Shown here: positions 27,426 to 32,000 of the stretch, in pieces
Numbering within the stretch: the first letter of the stretch is position 1
Layout of the letters: each line of letters opens with the position of its first letter
Assembly (NCBI RefSeq): GCF_000039765.1
Contig: NC_004459.3
Span: 1,020,001 to 1,052,000 of the forward strand
DNA: 32,000 nucleotides
Source: Vibrio vulnificus CMCP6
GTDB taxonomy: Bacteria; Pseudomonadota; Gammaproteobacteria; Enterobacterales; Vibrionaceae
Reading direction: 5' to 3'
The notes under the pieces: model-generated
What the model was told of the DNA's origin: nothing
Seen by the model: the letters and a program-made list of their open reading frames with translations, nothing else
Databases searched by the model: none
Program-made: the position numbers and the translations under genes

Positions 27426-28802
27426 CTAGAGGAAGAATGGGCTCGGCTGGAACAAGGCTTCGACGTCTGGTACGTATTTCTTATCGACCAAGAACATCAC
27501 CACGTGATCATCTTGTTCAATCACGGTGCGGTCATGGGCAATGAGCACCTCTTCACCACGCACAATCGCACCAATGGTGGTACCCGGTGGCAGTTTGATG
27601 TCGCCAACGGCGCGGCCCACCACTTTCGAGTTGCTTTCATCACCGTGTGCAACCGCTTCAATTGCTTCAGCAGCGCCGCGGCGTAGAGACGATACGTTAA
27701 CGATGTCGGCACGACGAACGTGGGTCAATAGCGCTGAAATGGTCGCTTGTTGAGGTGAAATGGCCACATCAATCACGCCGCCTTGCACTAGATCGACGTA
27801 AGCACCACGCTGGATCAGCACCATCACTTTTTTGGCACCCATGCGTTTGGCCAACATCGCCGACATGATGTTGGTTTCGTCCTCGTTGGTGAGGGCGATA
27901 AAGACGTCGACCTGGTCGATGTTTTCTTCCGTCAGTAGCTCTTGATCGGCAGCATCACCACAAAACACGATGGTGTTTTCCAACTCTTCTGACAGCTTTT
28001 CTGCTCGCTGTAGGTTGCGCTCAATCAGCTTTACGCTATAGGTTTGTTCTAAACGCTTGGCTAAGCTGGCGCCGATGTTACCACCGCCGACGATCATGAT
28101 ACGGCGATAAGGTTTTTCCAGTCGCTGTAACTCGCTCATCACAGAGCGAATGTGGTTACTGGCGGCAACGAAAAAGACTTCATCATCGGCTTCAATGATG
28201 GTGGTGCCTTGAGGACGAATCGGACGGCCTTGGCGGAAAATCGCGGCAACACGGGTATCAATGTGAGGCATGTGTTCGCGTAAGGCAGAAAGTGCGTTAC
28301 CCACCAACGGGCCGCCATAGTAAGCTTTTACGGCAACGAGGCTGACTTTTTCTTCCGCAAAGCTCACCACTTGCAATGCACCAGGGTATTGAATCAAACG
28401 TTCAATGTAGCTGGTCACCAGCTCCTCGGGGGCAATCAAATGATCGACAGGAATCGCGCCGGATTTAAACAGTGCTTCTTTTTGCGCCAAATATTGTGGC
28501 GAACGGATGCGAGCAATGCGGTTTGGGGTGTTAAACAGAGTAAAGGCGACCTGACAGGCTGCCATGTTGGTTTCATCGGTATTGGTCACGGCCACCAGCA
28601 TATCGGCATCTTGTGCGCCTGCTTCATGCAATACGTCTGGGTGACTGGCATGGCCATTCACCACTCGCAAGTCATATTTATCCTGCAGCTCTCTGAGGCG
28701 ATCGCCATCCTTATCGACGATGGTGATGTCGTTGTTTTCGCCAACCAGGTTTTCTGCCAGTGTGCCACCCACCTGACCTGCACCAAGAATAATGATTTTC
28801 AT
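27426..28802 (-). CDS. trkA: Trk system NAD-binding peripheral subunit TrkA
   Basis: 458-aa ORF with two Rossmann motifs ([16 protein letters not shown] and [14 protein letters not shown]) plus RCK_C domains. Follows rsmB, as in E. coli. Confidence 0.96.
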   Translation of the reverse strand: MKIIILGAGQVGGTLAENLVGENNDITIVDKDGDRLRELQDKYDLRVVNGHASHPDVLHEAGAQDADMLVAVTNTDETNMAACQVAFTLFNTPNRIARIRSPQYLAQKEALFKSGAIPVDHLIAPEELVTSYIERLIQYPGALQVVSFAEEKVSLVAVKAYYGGPLVGNALSALREHMPHIDTRVAAIFRQGRPIRPQGTTIIEADDEVFFVAASNHIRSVMSELQRLEKPYRRIMIVGGGNIGASLAKRLEQTYSVKLIERNLQRAEKLSEELENTIVFCGDAADQELLTEENIDQVDVFIALTNEDETNIMSAMLAKRMGAKKVMVLIQRGAYVDLVQGGVIDVAISPQQATISALLTHVRRADIVNVSSLRRGAAEAIEAVAHGDESNSKVVGRAVGDIKLPPGTTIGAIVRGEEVLIAHDRTVIEQDDHVVMFLVDKKYVPDVEALFQPSPFFL

Positions 28803-28858
28803 ACTCTGTTCTCGTGATTCGAAAAAGGCGACTGAAGAGGCTTCAATCGCCCATTTAC

Positions 28859-30139
28859 TTATGCTTGCTTAACTAGCACGGCATAGTAGAAGCCATCCAT
28901 ATCTTCCTCTCCGGGAATAATTTGGCGACCAGGATTCTCGCGCTCAGAGCCAACCAGTTGTGCTGCTGAGGTTCTGGCGAGAAACGCCTTCACTTGCTCC
29001 ACATTTTCCATTGGCGTGATTGAGCAAGTGGCGTAAACCAAGGTGCCACCTGGCTTGAGTTGTGCCCACATGGCATCAAAAATTTCGCTTTGTAACTGTG
29101 CTAACGCAGTGATGTCTTCTGCTCTGCGCAGCCATTTGATGTCTGGGTGACGACGAATCACCCCGGTTGCAGAGCAAGGTGCATCGAGCAAAATACGGTC
29201 AAATTGCTCGCCTTGCCACCATTGTTCAGGATTGCGTGCATCACCGCAAATCACTTTTGCTTGAAGATTGAGGCGTTTCAGGTTTTCCGTCACTCTTTTC
29301 AAGCGTTGTTCATCGCAGTCCAGTGCCACGACTTCACGAGCAGAGACTCGTTCTAAAATGTGCGCGGTTTTACCACCAGGTGCCGCGCAGCAATCGAGGA
29401 TCAGTTCGCCATCTTTAGGTTGTAGATAGTTAAACGACAGCTGTGCGGCGGCATCTTGCACAGAAACCCAACCTTGCTCAAACCCTGGCAAGCTGTGTAC
29501 ATCACAAGGGGCGGCCAATTTTATGGCGTCCATCGCTTCACTGTGCAGAGTGCTATCAATGTTTGCATTTTTGAGCAGTTGCAGATATTCGTCGCGATCA
29601 TGATGAGCGTGATTCACGCGTAGCCACATCGGCGCTTTGTTATTGTTGGCTTCAACAATCGTCTGCCATTGCTCAGGGTAAGCATCTTGCAGGATTTTCA
29701 GTAGCCAACTTGGGTGAACGTATTTGCCGGCATTGTGGCTGACAGAAAACTCATCCAATGCTTGTTGTTCACGCTGATAGTTGCGCAAAACCGCATTGAT
29801 CAAGCCGCGTAAGCGAGGACCTTTCAGCGCTTGTGCGCCTTCCACCGTTTCACCAACCGCCGCGTGTGCCGGAATACGCATGTGACCTAACTGGTATAAG
29901 CCAACCAAAATGAGGTGATGAAAAACACGTTGTTTACCTTTGAGAGGTTTATCCATCAACTTACCGGCAATGCTCTCTAAACGAGGCAGGTAGCGTAATG
30001 CGCCGTAGCAGATCTCTTGCAGTAAGGCGTGGTCGCGAGGGCGAATGGATTGTTGAGCTTCAGGAAGGGCGGTCGATAGAGAGTTGCCTCGGTCGACAAC
30101 TTGATACAAGACGTTGGCAGCCGCAGCGCGAACATTCAT
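28859..30139 (-). CDS. rsmB: 16S rRNA (cytosine967-C5)-methyltransferase RsmB (Sun)
   Basis: 426-aa ORF with an N-terminal NusB-like domain, SAM motif [11 protein letters not shown] and catalytic DAPCSATGV...TCS. Part of the def-fmt-rsmB-trkA order. Confidence 0.95.
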
Positions 30140-30222
30140 GATGAGTACCTTAAAGTTAAAGAGGGCGTCTCTGCCCTCGTAAAGTTCTTAAACTGGGCAA
30201 AAATGCCCGATTGCTTGGCAGG

Positions 30223-31170
30223 TTAACTCAGTACACTGCCAACTTCAAACCAAGCGGCGCGAGCGTTGAGAACATCTTGTACTGGCATCGCTTTTTTGCC
30301 TGGAATTTGGATCTGCTCCAATACTAGGCAGCCATGGCCAGTGGCGACATAAATGCCGCTTTTATCCGCTTTGAGGATGGTCCCCGCGGGTGCGTCATGA
30401 CTGCTGGCTTCGACGCGGCTTTGCCACACTTTAATGCTGTTTTCTGCCACTTCGAAATGGCTCATTGGCCATGGATTGAAAGCACGAACACAACGTTCGA
30501 TGTGCTCTGCATCGTCTTGCCAATTGATGCGTGCTTCTTCCTTGCTGAGTTTCTTGGCGTAGTTTGCTCGCTCGTCATCTTGCTTAATTGCGATGGCTGT
30601 GCCAGCGGCGATATCTGCCAAACACTCAACCAGTACCACAGGGCCAAGCTTGGCCAATTTATCGTACATGGTGGCGCTGGTATCGCTTGCGTCGATCGGC
30701 AGCGTGGCAATTTTCAGCATGTCGCCGGTATCTAAGCCGATGTCCATTTGCATGATGGTCACGCCCGTTTCAGCATCACCCGCCCAAATAGAGCGCTGAA
30801 TCGGTGCTGCGCCACGCCAGCGAGGCAGAATCGAGCCGTGGACATTGATACAACCCAATTTCGGTGTATCTAACACCGCTTGTGGTAATAACAAGCCATA
30901 AGCGACCACGACCATGATGTCAGCATTGAGATCCGCGAGGGCTTGCTTGGCTTCGTCAGACTTAAAGTTTTCTGGTTGGTAAACCGGAATGTTGTGTTCC
31001 AAAGCAATGGTTTTGACAGGGCTTGCTGTGAGTTTTTTCCCGCGACCGGCTGGGCGATCAGGTTGGGTGTAAACTGCAATGACTTCATGCTCCGAAGACA
31101 ACAACGCCGCCAAATGTTGGGCGGCGAAGTCCGGAGTACCTGCAAATACAATACGTAAAGGCTTGCTCAA
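30223..31170 (-). CDS. fmt: Methionyl-tRNA formyltransferase (apparent TTG start)
   Basis: 315-aa ORF with [13 protein letters not shown] and [33 protein letters not shown] motifs. The first codon at 31170-31168 reads TTG, preceded by AGGAAGG. Confidence 0.95.
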   Translation of the reverse strand: MSKPLRIVFAGTPDFAAQHLAALLSSEHEVIAVYTQPDRPAGRGKKLTASPVKTIALEHNIPVYQPENFKSDEAKQALADLNADIMVVVAYGLLLPQAVLDTPKLGCINVHGSILPRWRGAAPIQRSIWAGDAETGVTIMQMDIGLDTGDMLKIATLPIDASDTSATMYDKLAKLGPVVLVECLADIAAGTAIAIKQDDERANYAKKLSKEEARINWQDDAEHIERCVRAFNPWPMSHFEVAENSIKVWQSRVEASSHDAPAGTILKADKSGIYVATGHGCLVLEQIQIPGKKAMPVQDVLNARAAWFEVGSVLS

Positions 31171-31201
31171 GGTACCTTCCTTCTTATGGTATCAGCGCAA
31201 T

Positions 31202-31714
31202 TTAGCGCTGTTTCTCGTTAAAGCGTTTGATTTTGGCTAGCTTGTCTTGGATACGCTTGCGCTTTAGCGGTGATAGGTAGTCGACAAACAGCTTACCTTG
31301 CAGGTGATCCAATTCGTGTTGAATACAGATAGCCAGCAAATCATCGGCTTCGAGGGTAAATTCATGACCATCACGATCTAACGCTTTAACCGTGACTTCA
31401 GCGGCGCGTGGCACGAGTGCGCGGGCACCTGGGACCGATAGACAGCCCTCTTCAATGCCATCTTCGCCACGCTTTTCTAAAATTTCAGGATTGATTAACA
31501 CCATCGGCTCGTTACGGCTCTCAGAAATATCAATCACCACAATACGTTGATGGATGTCGACTTGCGTTGCGGCAAGGCCAATACCTTCTTCGTCATACAT
31601 GGTTTCAATCATGTCATCGACGATTTTTTGGATTTCTGGTGTCACCTTTTCAACCGGTTTGGCTACTGTACGAAGACGATCATCCGGGAATGTTAATACT
31701 TGTAATACAGACAT
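31202..31714 (-). CDS. def: Peptide deformylase
   Basis: 170 aa from the ATG at 31714 ([21 protein letters not shown]...). Motifs [13 protein letters not shown] and QHELDHL. The 202-aa track ORF over-extends the 5' end. Confidence 0.95.
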   Translation of the reverse strand: MSVLQVLTFPDDRLRTVAKPVEKVTPEIQKIVDDMIETMYDEEGIGLAATQVDIHQRIVVIDISESRNEPMVLINPEILEKRGEDGIEEGCLSVPGARALVPRAAEVTVKALDRDGHEFTLEADDLLAICIQHELDHLQGKLFVDYLSPLKRKRIQDKLAKIKRFNEKQR

Positions 31715-31852
31715 ATGCACTCGAAATGTTGAACTGTGCCGAAACAGCACAAACCTTGTTGGCTCAATTCTAGACATTTTATAGCCTAAATGACAGCATC
31801 CTAGCAGCAATTTCCCATTTGTCGCTTCGCTAATCCATCTAGGAGTTAAGGC

Positions 31853-32000
31853 ATGAACTCAGTGCTGCAAGCCGCTTCACGCGCATTGTTACCCTTGTTG
31901 TTTAGTGTGAGTGTGGCTGCCCAGGAGTCGCCAGCTCCGTTAAACATCAAGCCAGACGCACCTCAAACTTATGTCGTCGTAAAAGGAGATACCCTTTGGG
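31853..32000 (+). CDS. LysM-domain secreted protein, 3'-truncated by the window edge
   Basis: ATG at 31853, 7 nt after AGGAG. Signal-like [24 protein letters not shown], then [10 protein letters not shown], the start of a LysM motif. Divergent from def. Confidence 0.75.
   Translation, partial: MNSVLQAASRALLPLLFSVSVAAQESPAPLNIKPDAPQTYVVVKGDTLW

Noticed and set aside
31715-31810. 5' extension of def to a 202-aa ORF
   Set aside because: The conserved deformylase N-terminus [15 protein letters not shown] starts at 31714. The extension has no homology-like features and would consume the divergent promoter region.

Overview
This is a core-chromosome segment of a Vibrio-like gammaproteobacterium, judged from gene content, order and protein sequences recognised from memory. 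The DsbA resembles V. cholerae TcpG but is clearly not identical to it.

Gene order:
- atpA (5'-truncated), atpG, atpD, atpC and glmU on the + strand.
- A small islet: an amino-acid ABC permease with a divergent PheC-like periplasmic binding protein, then a divergent Bcr/CflA MFS transporter and LysR regulator resembling E. coli punC/punR (ydhC/ydhB).
- The complete ilvGMEDA operon on the - strand, with an ilvL leader peptide and attenuator that the ORF track misses.
- comM, a putative outer-membrane beta-barrel protein, and yihG.
- dsbA, srkA, a ccoG/fixG-like gene and yihD on the - strand.
- An unannotated 55-codon basic ORF, a Spo0M-family gene and a hemolysin-III-family gene.
- trkH, trkA, rsmB, fmt and def on the - strand, then the start of a LysM protein.

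I see no rRNA, tRNA, CRISPR array, IS element, integrase or recognisable defence or secretion system, and no convincing novel multi-gene system. The least-explained patch is about 23.8-26.0 kb. It holds the small basic ORF with its own RBS and terminator, a 316-bp ORF-free palindrome-rich region, the Spo0M-like gene, and a HlyIII gene flanked by two perfect 22-bp palindromes.

Several ORF-track starts are non-ATG 5' extensions, and I re-called them to ATG starts that have Shine-Dalgarno sequences. All homology statements rest on my reading of the translations and on recall of family motifs. No database search was run.
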